Origin: Mobula hypostoma
Lineage: Eukaryota
Assembly: GCF_963921235.1 (NCBI RefSeq)
Contig: NC_086097.1
Location: forward strand, 56,546,001-56,610,000
Direction of reading: 5' to 3'
DNA length: 64,000 bases
The translations under genes were made by a program, and so were the position numbers. The notes under the pieces are model-generated. The model did not search any database and was not told where the DNA came from. It saw only the letters and a list, made by a program, of their open reading frames with translations. Below are positions 23,729-37,277 of the stretch, in pieces (the stretch's first letter is position 1; the number at the start of each line of letters is the position of its first letter).

Positions 23729-25463
23729 CAAATAAGTGGGAGGAGAAGATGGCGACGTGACGCAGCTTGCAGCGGCCACTCTGGTGGTGATGTCTGTTAT
23801 TTGTCAAGTAGGGTGCCGTGCACAATCCTGATTTGATGGAGACGGACGTGAGAGCATGGAGGAGCATCTGGAGAAACTTCTGAAATGCCTGCTTCATTGC
23901 TGCTGCTACTCTGTGGTCCAGAATCTCCGGAGGAGAAGGCTCCAAGTCCTCGGCTTTGCTTGTTGCTCGGCGGCCGGGGCGGGGTCAAAACGCTCGGCAG
24001 ATGATGGTGCTCGGAAAGGCTGTGTCGGAGGGGCTGGTTGAAGGCTCAAAGTTTTTGGACAGACTCAGAGTCCGCTGTGGTCGGGTGCTTCCAATGGTGC
24101 TGCATCGGCAAGTTGGCAGCGCTTGGAGGTTCATGGCAGGGAGAGTTCCTCCCTTCTGCCGCCTGCGTGAGATAGAAACACAGAAACATAGAAAATAGGT
24201 GCAGGAGTAGGCCATTCGGCCCTTTGAGCCTGCACCGCCATTCAGTATGATCATGGCTGATCATCCAACTCAGAACCCTGTACCTGCCTTCTCTCCATAC
24301 CCCCAATCCCTTTAGCCACAAGGACCATATCTAACTCCCTCTTAAATATAGCCAATGAACTGGCCTCAACTGTTTCCTGTGGCAGAGAATTCCACAGAAT
24401 CACCATTCTCTGTGTGAAGAAGTTTTTCCTAATCTCGGTCCTAAAAGGCTTCCCCTTTATCCTCAAACTGTGACCCCTCGTTCTGGACTTCCCCAACATT
24501 GGGAACAATCTTCCTGCATCTAGTCTGTCCAATCCCTTTAGGATTCTATACGTTTCAATCAGATCCCCCCTCAATCTTCTAAACTCCAACGAGTATAAGC
24601 CTAGTTCATCCAGTCTTTCATCATATGAAAGTCCTGCCATCCCAGGAATCAATCTGGTGAACCTTCTTTGTACTCGCTCTATGGCAAGGATGTCTTTCCT
24701 CAGATTAGGGGACCAAAACTGCACACAATACTCCAGGTGTGGTCTCACCAAGGCCTTGTACAACTGCAGTAGTACCTCCCTGCTCCTGTACTCGAATCCT
24801 CTTGCTATAAATGGCAGCATACCATTCGCCTTTTTCACCGCCTGCTGTACCTGCATGCCCACTTTCAATGACTGGTGTATAATGACACCCAGGTCTCGTT
24901 GCACCTCCCCTTTTCCTAATCGGCCACCATTCAGATAATAATCTGTCTTCCTGTTCTTGCCACCAAAATGGATAACTTCACATTTATCCACATTAAGTTG
25001 CATCTGCCATGAATTTGCCCACTCACCTAACCTATCCAAGTCACCCTGCATCCTCTTAACATCCTCCTCACAGCTAACACTGCCACCCAGCTTCGTGTCA
25101 TCCGCAAACTTGGAGATGCTGCATTTAATTCCCTCATCCAAGTCATTAATATATATTGTAAACAACTGGGGTCCCAGCACTGAGCCTTGCGGTACCCCAC
25201 TAGTCACTGCCTGCCATTCTGAGTCTAACGGGACTTTGAGACTTTTTTTTTACCGTGCCCATGGTCTGCTCTTTATCAAATTATGGTATTGCTTTGCACT
25301 GTTGTAACTATATGTTATAATTAAGTGGCTTTGTCAGTTTTAGTCTTGGTTTGTCCTGTATTTTCTTGTGATATCATTCTGGAGGAACGTTGTATTATTT
25401 TTTAATGCTTGCATTTCTAAATGACAATAAACGAGGACTGAGTGCCCTCATAATCTAATCTAA
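23729..25463 (+). mobile_element. Non-autonomous CpG-rich retroelement (about 0.65 kb) split by a CR1 insertion
   Basis: Begins GGAGGAGAAGATGGCG and ends aataaa...(taatc)n. The two halves are colinear with an uninterrupted relative at about 45553-46167 on the minus strand. Confidence 0.7.
24173..25222 (-). mobile_element. 5'-truncated young CR1 (RT C-terminus plus 3' UTR)
   Basis: 318-aa ORF with GVPQGSVLGP and FADD, nearly identical to the 50.7-54.7 kb copy. Tail tagaaacacagaaacatagaa. Confidence 0.93.
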
Positions 25464-25718
25464 CTTCAGAAATCAGATACTTCATTTTTATTGATACTTT
25501 GTACAGTGATTGTCTTGAAGCATATTCAATTATTTTAGATATATTAAGACCATAAGACATAGGAGCAGAATTAGGCTGTTTGTCCCATCCAGTCTGCTAC
25601 GCCATTTAATCGTGGCTGAATCATTTTCCTTCTCAACCCTAATCTCCTGCCTTCTCTTTGTATCCCTTCATGCCCTGAGCAATCAAGAATCTATCAACCT
25701 CTCCCTTAAATATCCTTC

Positions 25719-27921
25719 AACTTAAAGGAGGGTAACTTTGAAGGTATGAGACATGAATTAGTTAAGATAGACTGGCAAATGATACTTATAGGGTTGACGG
25801 TGGATATGCAATGGCAAGCATTTAAAGATCGCATGGATGAACTACAACAATTGTTCATCCCAGTATGGCAAAAGAATAAACCAGGGAAGGTAGTGCACCC
25901 ATGACTGACAAGGGAAATTAGGGATAGTATCAATTCCAAAGAAGAAACATACAAATTACCCAGAAAAAGCGGCTCACCTGAGGACTGGGAGAAATTCAGA
26001 GTCCAGCAGGGGAGAACAAAGGGCTTAATTAGGAAAGGGAAAAAAAGATTATGAGAGAAAGCTAGCAGGGAACATAAAAACTGACTGTAAAAGCTTTTAT
26101 AGATATGTGAAAAGAAAAAGATTGGTTAAGACAAATGTAGGTCCCTTACAGTCAGAAACAGATGAATTAATCATGGGGAACAAGGACATGGCAGACCAAT
26201 TGAATAACTACTTTGATTCTGTCTTCACTAAGGGGGACATAAATAATCTTCCGGAAATAGCAGGGGACCGAGGGTCCAGTGAGATGGAGGAACTGAGGGA
26301 AATACATGTTAGTAGGGAAATGGTGTTAGGTAAATTGAAGGGATTAAAGACAGATAAATCCCCAGGGCCAGATGTTCTGCATCCCAGAGTGCTTAAGGAA
26401 GTAGCCCAAGAAATAGAGGATGCATTAGTGATAATTTCTCAAAACTCTTTAGATTCTGGATTAGTTCCTGATGATTGGAGGGTGGCTAATGTAACCCCGC
26501 TTTTTAAAAAAGGAGGGAGAGAGAAACCGGGGAATTATAGACCGGTTAGCCTGACATCTGTAGTGGGGAAAATGCTAGAGTCAGTTATCAAAGATGTGAT
26601 AACAGCACATTTGGAAAGCAGTGAAATCATCGGACAAAGTCAGCATAGATTTGTGAAAGGAAAATCACGTCTGATGAATCTTATAGAATTTTTTGAGGAT
26701 GTAACTAGTAGAGTGGATAGGGGAGAACCAGTGGATGTGGTATATTTGGATTTTCAAAAGGCTTTTGACAAGGTCCCACGCAGGAGATTAGTATGCAAAC
26801 TTAAAGCACATGGTATTGAGGGTAAGGTATTGATGTGGATAGAGAATTGGTTGGCAGACAGGAAGCAAAGAGTGGGAATAAACGGGACCTTTTCAGAATG
26901 ACAGGCAGTGATTACTGGGGTACCGCAAGGCTCAGTGCTGGGACCCCAGTTGTTCACAATATATATTAATGATTTAGACAAGGGAATTAAATGCATTCTT
27001 TCCAAGCTTGCGGATGACACGAAGCTGGGCGGCAGTGTTAGCTGTGAGGAGGATGCTAAGAGAATGCAGGGTGACTTGGATAGGTTAGGTGAGTGGGCAA
27101 ATTCATGGCAGATGCAATTTAATGCGGATAAATGTGAGGTTATCCACTTTGGTGGCAAGAACAGGAAAATAGATTATTATCTGAAAGGTGTCCAATTAGG
27201 AAAAGGGGAGGTGCAACGAGACCTGGGTGTCATTGTACACCAGTCATTGAAAGTGGGCATGCAGGTACAGCAGGCGGTGAAAAAGGCAAATGATATGTTG
27301 GCATTCATAGCAGAGGAATCGAGTACAGGAGCAGGGAGGTACTACTGCAGTTGTACAAGGCCTTGGTGAGACCTCACCTGGAGTATTGTGTGCAGTTTTG
27401 GTCCCATAATCGGAGGAAAGACATTCTTGCCATAGAGGGAGTACAAAGAAGGTTCACCAGATTGATTCCTGGGATGACAGGACTTTCATATGAAAAAAGA
27501 CTGGATCGATTAGGCTTATACTTGTTGGAATTTAGAAGATTGAGGAGGGATCTTATTGAAACGTATAAAATTCTAAAGGGATTGGACAGGCTAGATGCAG
27601 GAAGATTGTTCCCGATGTTGGGGAAGTCCAGAACAAGGGGTCACAGTTTAAGGATACAGGCGAAGCCCTTTAGGACCCAGATGAGGAAAAACTTCTTCAC
27701 ACAGAAACTGGTGAATCTGTGGAATTCTCTGCCACAGGAAACAGTTGAGGCCAGTTCATTGGCTATATTTAAGAGGGAGTTAGATATGGCCCTTGTGACT
27801 ATTAAGGGATCGGGGGTATGGAAAGAAAGCAGTTGGATGATCAGACATGATCATACTGAATGGTGGTACAGGCTCAAAGGGCCAAATGGCCTACTCCTGC
27901 ACCTATTTTCTATGTTTCTAT
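25719..27921 (+). mobile_element. 5'-truncated young CR1 of the same subfamily, inserted into an older minus-strand CR1 3' end (25548-25713 and 27922-28130)
   Basis: ORF fragments are nearly identical to ORF2 of the 50.7 kb copy. Tail ttctatgtttcta. The flanks join up as one CR1 3' region. Confidence 0.92.
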
Positions 27922-30900
27922 ATACATACAGACTTGGCCGCCGCAACAATTTCCACAAATTCACCATTCTCTGGTAAAGAAATTCTTCCTGATCTCTTTT
28001 CTAAAGGGACGCCCCTCTATTCTGAGGCTGTGTTCTCGGGTCTTATACTCTACCACCATAGGAAACATCCACTCCACATCCACTCTATCAACGCCTTTTC
28101 ACCAGTCAATAGGTTTCATTGAGGTCATCCCCAAATACAGTATATATATTTCATTGATATATGCCTCTAAAAACTGCCTATCATACTAAAGGTATCTCCA
28201 TTTGAGGAGATTCTTGTTGTAAACAAACCACAATAATTGCACGGTCACTTGTTTCGATAGTGGCAAATAGTACTTTTTGGGGATGCACCAGAATCTGTAC
28301 TGGGTTGGAAAGACTGTAATTCAAGCACACAGCTCAGTGCGTACATACAGAAAAAGTAACAGTGGGGTCCCTAGGATTAGTGCATTACATTGGTTGTACG
28401 ATTTAATGGTTTGGGTTTTTCTACTCTTGGAATTTATTTGGGGTTAGTCACAGCATGCTTACATACCGGTATCTTGAAAATTCCATCTAGTTTCTCAAAT
28501 TGTTAATTGGTGATTTGGGGGGAAATGGCCTAGAGCCTTTAAAAAATAAGATTTTACTTTGACATGACAAGGAAGAAGTAAAGTATCATCCATGCTTTCG
28601 GTCTTCATTTAATTTCACATGATTCATTTCAGAAGTACATCCAAAAAGGCATCCACATCACAGCCAATCCAAGGGAGAAGGTTATCCAGACAATGCGATC
28701 AAAGCACAGAAAACTATCTCCCTTGCATGGCCAAACCAAACAGGAAGAACACCTACACCAACCAACCAACCCAGGACAGAAGGCCATCTACCCCACAAGC
28801 CTAACTAGGGAAAAAGGCCAAATTTGCCAATCCAGAGACAGCAAACTACATTTTTAAACTTAGTTTTTCTGAATAAAATTGAAGTTCAGAACTATTAACC
28901 TCTAGGTGACTACACTGGTTACCCAGTGATGTCACTCACATGAAAGTAAGTGCCAATGGTACTGAGTGCCAGCCTCACTTTGGAAACACAGATCGGTGCC
29001 AAAAGAAGCTTTACTAGCACTCTGCTGCAGGGACGTGAACTCACTGAACAGATCCCCCTTTCGTCTATTCCCCACCACAGTCACTTAACATACTTATAAC
29101 ACTTATGCAACTAATCCTTTGTAAAGTTTCCCACTTTATTGGGGAATTCTGGATCTTATAGATCTTCAGCTGCACCAGGTAAAGGCCATTCACCCTTTTT
29201 AAAAAAAGCTCAAATCCTTATTTCTTATTCCATCTCACCATTTATTTTTTATTGTTTTCTGCTTAGTGCAAATTCTTCAATCACAAGGCTTTCTCTCATT
29301 TAATTAGCCATCTTACTAGTATTCTGTAACAAAATAGATGCCACTTGGAGGGAGGGGCCATCACCTTTAAACTCCCTGTCTGCAGTGAGTCGTCTATAGT
29401 ACGAGATGCAAAGTTAGCAGCAAATTTCAGATGTCAAGTTAATTCTAGATCTGCATGCTGTATATCTGTCATTCTTTGTGTAACAATATACCAAAACTCT
29501 GCCAAAAGGTAAACAACTAGCCTTTGTTTCTAACCTCCTTCCCCCCAGAAATGCAAATGAAAGGTGGAAAGATTACAATATTGATAACAAATCAGAATCA
29601 TGGAATCGTTCACGCACAGTAGTGTTCATTGCCTACACTGGTGAAGACAAAGACAACTGCAATCTGCAGCTCACATCCTTCTGATTTGTGTGCAGTTAGA
29701 CAGATGTGACACTTGAAGAATTACACAGCTCCAGGAAGAATAAAAGAGGATGTGACAGATTAATATATTGCCTCTGATGTTGGATCCCACAGCACGAGAC
29801 TAGTTTTCAAAAAAGAGAAAAGTTGGAGGAGCTTCATGCCTGCGTGCAGTAAAATCTCAGAAGTTCTGTTTTTGTTGCAGGAACCAATGGAGTAAGTGGA
29901 AGCTTCACTGGAAACTGAGAGGGGCCCCAATGAAGAAATGGTCAGGGGATACTGGGCTGTTCCACCTTCATGAATGCACAAACGGCAGAACTGGTGGAAT
30001 TCAGACAACGTCCACCAAACAAACTTCCAGACCATGCTTTTCCCCTGCAAGACATTCAGGACCTAGGGGACACCAGTTAAAATCAGCTGCCTTTCTTAAT
30101 GTTCAGCAAATAGCAGAACATAATGGTTGGAATCAACTTGCAAGATGCATGCCGTCTCCCTGGACAGTAGCAAATACAAGGTCACTAGTCTCTATCTTCC
30201 TCAGACTGCAATCTCAATCAAAAGTGGAAGACTAGACCAGAGAAGCTGACAAAACAAAACAGCGGCTGTTCCCCCCTTGAACAACATGTGGAATTTTCAC
30301 ATGTCATGAATGGTCATCAATGGAACCTAATCATCAATGGACCTTTGAGAAGATCTTTTTGTTATGGAGAACAACAGTCTGTGATACTACAGTCAAACAA
30401 AAGAGGTGTGGAGGAAGTGAATAAATTACTACGAAAAATGTTGTCTTTCACTGGTAAAAGAGAAACACAAATTAAACACAACTTCCACTGAACTTCTCCT
30501 ATCAAATAACTATGCCAGTTATTAATTTTATGAACAAATCAAAAAGTGTATCACAAACCAACTGACAGTTAATAACTCTTCTAAAACCAGTGAAAGAGCA
30601 GGCATAAACACTAAAGAAATCCATGTACAAATTAACAAGAACGAGGGTCTGTTTCTCTACCTTCTCCTCCAGAGGTCTGCTGGGAAATTTTTAATAGGAA
30701 TTTAGTCATGAATAAATTTATGAATGAAAAAAATATGTCCTTTAATTACTTACCCCAAGATCTTCTATCTTTAATCTAAATAACAGTGTGCCAAATAATC
30801 TGAAATTGGATGTCAATAGTGAATAATTATTGCTGAAATATTCAACAACTTACTGGGCATTAGCATGTTCCTTTTAACTGTAGCCATGTAATTCAAATTA

Positions 30901-31617
30901 CTTTTTGTTAATCATGAAAAGAATGCTATGGAATAAGATCTTATGTTATATCAAATGTTTCTGGAGGGCATTTTGTCTATAATTACAAACCTATTCTTTA
31001 ATTTCTGAGCCCATCACTAATTAAATTACTAGACGCGTAGAAAGCAAGAAATTCCATTAAAATGAAATGTTCTTCCCAAGCTCCAAGTAGATGGCCAAAC
31101 ATTTCCAATATTTAATAATACAATTCACCTACAGGGATTGAATACTGCACTTATGTAATACCTGTTGATGGTTTTTATGTCCTTTGTACAGTCCTCACAA
31201 TGGCATTACCACTAGCAAGATAAAACTATCAGAAAGAATTTCCATCTATGTTTCAGAAATGAAAGTTTAAGCTGTCCCATCATTTTTGAATTGCCTTTGA
31301 TTAGTATAAGACACAAGACAGACTAGATGATGCAGTGCTGGTCATGTAATAAAATCTTCTGCAGTTCCTCACGGGACCCTCTCCTAACAGGATCTGACGT
31401 TAAGACAAAATAAATATTCATACAGGTGAGCAAAACCTTGATCAAAGAAGAGCTAGAAGGAGTAAAGGGAGGTAGAGAGATAAAGCAATTAAACAAGGGA
31501 ATTTCAGTGCCAGGGGCCTGGGAGGCTGTGGTGAAACAAAAAATTTGGGGGGAGAAAAGAAACCAAAAATAGATGGAACTAAGATACCTCAAAGGGCAGT
31601 AGGGCTGGAGGATTCCA

Positions 31618-32590
31618 TCTGCCCTTTTTCAGCCCATTTTTCCAGCAAGCTTTAATAGTCTTTCTTGCTGTCCACCATGCCCCCTCCCAACAATCTTGGT
31701 GCCATCCTCAAATCTGGAGATCCAGTTTTCTACATTATCACCCAGATTGTTGATATAGATGACAAACAAGAACAGATCCAGCACTGATCCCTGCAATACA
31801 CCACTAGTCACAGGCTTCCAGTCGGAGAGGCAACCATCTACTCTCACTCTGTGCTCCTTCTGTGAAGTCAATATCTAATCCAATTTACTATCTTGAATTC
31901 CAAGTGACTGAACCTTCTTGACCAACCTCCCATGTGGGACCTTGTCAAAAGCCTTGTAGACAAATCCACTTCCCTGCCTTCATTAACTTTCCTGGTAACT
32001 TCCTAGAAAACCTCTATGAGATTGGTTAGACCACACAGAAAGTCATATTGATTATCCCTAATCCGTCCCTGTCAATCCAAATATTGTATATCCAATCCAT
32101 TAGAATACCTTCCAATAACTTCCCCACTACTGATGTCAGGCTCACCAGACTACAATCTCCTGACTTATTTTTAGAGTCTTTCTTAAACAGTGGAACAACG
32201 TTAGATATCTTCCAATCCTCCGGCACCTCACCTGTGGCTAAGATGTTTTTAAATATCTCTGCTAGAGCCCCTGCAACTTCTGCACTAGCCTCCTACAGGG
32301 TCTGAGGGAACACCTTGTCATGCCCTGGAGATTTATCCAGCCTAATTTGCCTCATGACAGCAAACACCTCCTCCTCTGTAATTTGTACAGGGTTCATGAC
32401 CTCACTATTGCTTTGCCTCACTTTTATAGACTCTGCGTCCGTCTCCCGAGTAAATATGGATGCAAAGATCCTACATGCATCAATGAACACTTTAATCTTC
32501 CAGAGGACCAATTTTGTCTTTTGCTCTTAATATATCTGTAAGAAGCCCTTGGGTTTCTCTTTCACCTCCTCTGCTAGAGCAAACTCCTGT
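31618..32590 (-). mobile_element. Degenerate CR1 RT fragment
   Basis: PEDWKISNVVPLFKK, SLTSVVGKLLE and VTSGVLQGSVL. Confidence 0.85.
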
Positions 32591-32984
32591 AATGGGTAGC
32601 AGACAAGCTCCAGACAACTTAGAGAATGCAAATGGATCATTTGTGACTTAGACATATATATGGTCAGCTTATCTGAGAGAATGATAACGTGTTTTCATAA
32701 TGTGTCATGTGAAATGAAAAAGGTAAATTTCTTCTAGACAACAAAAGTAGACACCAGAGGCTCAAAACAGCAGCTACCAGAGCCGGATTACCTGGCAATC
32801 AGAAAAGAGACAAATAGTAAACAAAACATTCTTGTCTCCTTTTCTTCATGAAATGTTACAAGGTTATTAAGCAATGTTTATTCATGTAAGATCCATAGAT
32901 GGGATGGGTTTCTGAACAATTTCCCTGCAACCATTGTGATGATGGTGCTCGCTCAATTGTGTTAGGAAGAGATATTGTAGGATA

Positions 32985-34085
32985 TAGTTAGATAGATACT
33001 TTATTGATCCCAAAGGAAATTACAGTGTCACAGTAGCATTAAAAGTGCACAGATATACAAATATTAGAAAAGAAATAAGAAAGAATTTTTAAAAAGTTAC
33101 CTCAAACAGTCTAATAGGAGTGGGGTCAGCCTTTTCCTGGCTATAGGCTGACTCCCTATAGAGCCTAATGGCTGAGGGTAAGAATGACCTCATATAGCGC
33201 TCTTTGGAGCAGTGCAGTTGTCTTAGTCTATTACTGAAAAAGCTCCTCAGTTCTGCCAAAGTGGCATGCAGAGGGTGAGAAACATTGTCCAGAATTGCCA
33301 GGCTTTTCCAGAGGTTCCTTTGTTCTACCACAACCTCCAGTGTGTCCAGTTTGACTCCTATAACAGAGCCAGCCTTTCTAATCAGTTTATTGAGCCTGTT
33401 GGCATCACCCGTGTTGATGCCATTGCCCCAACACACCATATATGGAAGATTATACTGGCAACAACAGACTGGTAGAACATGTGAAGGAGAGGCTTGCATA
33501 CGACAAAGGACCTCAACCTCCTCAGGAAGTAGAGGCAACTCTAGCCCTGCTTGTACACAGCTTCTGTGTTGGTGCTCCACTCAAGTCTGTCATACTGGTG
33601 CTTGCAGGTCCCCACCATCAACAGTAACAAGGAGCAGTGCAGACGTAGTCTTCCTAAAGTCCATCACCATCTCCTTCGTATTACTGATGTTAAACTGCTA
33701 AGTCCTCCACCAGGGCCCTGTATTTATCCACCCCTCCTCCTTTTATACACCCAACTGCTGCTGATCCATCAGAGAATTTCTGCAGATCACATGACTCTGT
33801 GTTGTATCTAAAGTCCGCGGTATACAGGGGAAACAGGAAGGGAGACAATACAGTCCCCTGTGGGGCCCTAGTACTACTTATAGCCACTCACAGTTCTGAA
33901 GCTGCACAAACTGTGGTCTGCCAGTCAGGTAGTCCATTATCCAGGATACAATGAAAATGCCAACCTGCATTGAACGGAGCTTTTCCCCAGCAATGAGGCT
34001 TGTATGGTATTGAAGGCACTCGGGAAATCAAAAAAACATGATCTTCACAGTGCTGTCCTGTTATCCAAATGGGAGTAGGCTCTCA
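32985..34085 (-). mobile_element. Rex1/Babar-like LINE: RT and 3' end
   Basis: STRAPQGTVLSPFLFPLYTADFRY...QKFSD, RLNKLIRKAGSVIG and SFLPSAIRLY. The tail aataaagtatctatct recurs on the plus strand at about 63930-63990. Confidence 0.82.
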
Positions 34086-34239
34086 GTTGGACTAGAAAGG
34101 GTGATACACATCCAAGGCAAATGGTTCAGAGTACAGTTTTAATAGCAGCTCCTGACTTTGTAGCCTTCTTCTATGAGAAGGACTGAAGTAATTATGCTAA
34201 GAGAACATCATCTACTTTAAGTTTTTTCAGTGTTGCATA

Positions 34240-37200
34240 CCAATCGAGGAGGTTCGCTAAAGCTACTGGGGAGAGTTTAAACTAGAATTGTTGGGGGGTG
34301 GGAACCCAACTGAAGAGACTGGGGAAGAGGAGGTTGGCTCACAAATAGAGAAAGCTCGTAGACAGTACGAGAGGGAGGAAAGGCAGGTGATAGCGAAGGG
34401 ACGCGCTCAGACCGAAGGTTTGAGATGTGTCTATTTTAACACAAGGAGTATTGTGAACAAAGCTTAGAGTGTGGATCAGTACTTGGAGATATGATGTGGT
34501 GGCCATTACAGAGATTTGGATGGCTCAGGGACAGGAATGTTACTTCAAGTGCCCGGTTTTAGATGTTTCAGAAAGGACAGGGAAGGAGGCAAAAGAGGTG
34601 GGGGCGTGGCACTGTCGGTCACAGATAGTGTCACGGCTGCAGAAAAGGTGGACGTCATGGAGGGATTGTCTACAGAGTCTCTGTGGGTGCAGTTAGGAAA
34701 AAGAAGGGGTCAATAACTTTACTGGGTGTTTTCTACAGGCCGCCCAATAGTAACAGGGATATCGAGAAGCAGATAAGGAAACAGATCCTGGAAAGGTGTA
34801 ATAATAACAGAGTTGTCATGATGGGAGATTTTAATTTCCCAAATATCCATTGGCATCTCCCTAGAGCCAGGGGTTTAGATGGGGTGGAGTTTGTTAGGTG
34901 TGTTCAGGAAGGTTTCTTTACACAATATGTAGATAAGCCCACAAGAGGAGAGGCTGTACTTGATATGGTATTGGGAAATGAACCTGGTCAGGTGTCAGAT
35001 CTATCAGTGGGAGAGCATTTTGGAGATAGTGATCATAATTCTATCTCCTTTACAATAGCATTGGAGAGAGATAGGAACAGACAAGTTAGAAAAGTGTTTA
35101 ATTGGAGTAAGGGGAATTATGAGGCTATCAGACAGGAAATTAGAGGCTTAAATTGGAAATAGATGTTCTCAGGGAAAAGTACGGAAGAAATGTGGCAAAT
35201 ATTCAGGGGATATTTGTGTGGAGTTCTGCATAGGTACGTTCCAATGAGACAGGGAAGTTATGGTAGGGTACAGGAACCGTGGTGTACAAGGCTGTAAGAA
35301 ATCTAGTCAAGAAGAAAAGAAAAGCTTACAAAAGGTTCAGAGAGCTAGGTAATGTTAGAGATCTAGAAGATTATAAGGCTAATAGGAAGGAGCTTAAGAA
35401 GGAAATTAGGAGAGCCAGAAGGGGCCATGAGAAGGCCTTGGTGGGCAGGATTAAGCAAAACCCCAAGGCATTCCACAAGTATGTGACGAGCAAGAGGATA
35501 AGATGTGAAAGAATAGGACCTATCAAGTTGACAGTGGGAAAGTATGTATGGAACCGGAGGAAATAGCAGAGGTACTTAATGAATACTTTACTTCAGTATT
35601 CACTATGGAAAAGGATCTTGGTGATTGTCGTGATGCCTTGCAACAGACTGAAAAGCTTGAGCATGTAGATATTAAGAAAGGGGATGTGCTGGAGGTTTTG
35701 GAAAGCATCAAGTTGAATAAGTCGCCGGGACCGGATGAGGTGTACCCCAGGCTACTGTGGGAGGCGAGGGAGGAGATTGCTGAGCCTCTGGCGAAGATCT
35801 TTGCATCATCAATGGGGAAGGGAGAGGTTCTGGAGGATTGGAGGGCTGTGGATGTTGTTCATTTATTCGAGAGAGGGAGTAGAGGTAGCCCAGGAAATTA
35901 TAGACCAGTGAATCTTACCTCAGTGGTTGGTATGTTGATGGAGAAGATCCTGAGAGGCAGGATTTATGAACATTTAGTGAGGTATAATATGATTAGGAGT
36001 AGCCAGCATGGCTTTGTCAAGGGCAGGCGATGCCTTACGAGCCTGATTGAATTTTTTGAGGATGTGACTAAACACATTGATTAAGGAAGAGCAGTAGATG
36101 TAGTGTATATGGATTTCAGCAAGGCATTTGACAAGGTACCCCATGCAACGCTTATTGAGAAAGTAGGGAGACATGGGATCCAAAGGGACATTGCTTTGTG
36201 GATCCAGAACTGACTTGCCCACAGAAGGTAAAGAGTGGTTGTAGACGGGTCATATTCTGCATGGAGGTCGGTCACCAGTGGAATGCCTCAGGGATCTGTT
36301 CTGGGACCCTTACTCTTCGTGATTTTTATAAATGACCTGGATGAGGAAGTGGAGGGATGGGTTAGTAAGTTTGCTGATGACACAAAGGTTGGAAGTGTTG
36401 TGGATAATGTGCAGGGCTGTCAGAAGTTACAGCGGGACATTGACAGGATGCAAAACTGGGCTGAGAAGTGGCAGATGGAGTTCAACACAGATAAATGTGG
36501 TAGTGGTTCATTTTGGTAGGTCAAATATAATGGCAGAATATAGTATTAACGGTAAGACTCTTGGCAGTGTGGTGGATCAGAGGGATCTTGGGGTCTGAGT
36601 CCATAGGATACTCAAAGGAGCTGCGCAGGTTGACTCTGTGGTTAAGAAGGCGTACGGTGTATTGGCCTTCATCAATTGTGGAATTGAATTTAGGAGCCAA
36701 GAGGTAATGTTGCAGCTATATAGGACCCTGGTCAGACCACACTTGGGAGTACTGTGCTCAGTTCTGGTCGCCTCACTACAGGAAGGATGTGGAAGCCATA
36801 GAAAGAGTGCAAAGGAGATTTACAAGGATGTTGCCTGGATTGGGGAGCATGCCTTATGAGAATAGGTTGAGTGAATTCGGTCTTTTATCCTTGGAGCAAC
36901 GAGGATGAGAGGTGACCTGATAGAGGTGTATAAGATGATGAGAGGCATTGATCGTGTGGATAGTCAGAGGCTTTTTCCCAGGGCTGAAATAGTTGCCACA
37001 AGAGAACACAGATTTAAGGTGCTGGGGAGCAGGTACAGAGGAGATGTCAGGGGTATGTTTTTTACTCAGAGAACGGTGAGTGCGTGGATTGGGCAGCCGG
37101 CAACGGTGGTGGGGGTGAATACGATAGGGTCTTTTAAGAGACTTTTAAATAGGTACATGGAGTTTAGTAAAATAGAGGGTTATATGTAAGCCTAGTAATT

Positions 37201-37277
37201 TCTAAGGTAGGGACATGTTCAGCACAACTCTGTGGGCCAAAGGGCCTGTAATGTGCTGTAGGTTTTCTATGTTTCTA
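34240..37277 (+). mobile_element. CR1 LINE (different subfamily): ORF1 tip, full but degenerate ORF2 and 3' tail
   Basis: ORF fragments carry YRPPNS, MGDFNFP, SDHN, YRPVNLTS, PQGSVLGP and FADD. Multiple stops and frameshifts. Tail ttctatgtttcta at about 37265-37277. Confidence 0.93.

Noticed and set aside
29760..30050. Minus-strand ORF containing ISSLGPLSVSSEAS, faintly like SLC35F4 exon 2 (ISRQLSPLSVTEDSS)
   Set aside because: Similarity is confined to a few low-complexity residues, the flanks do not match and no convincing splice sites were found.
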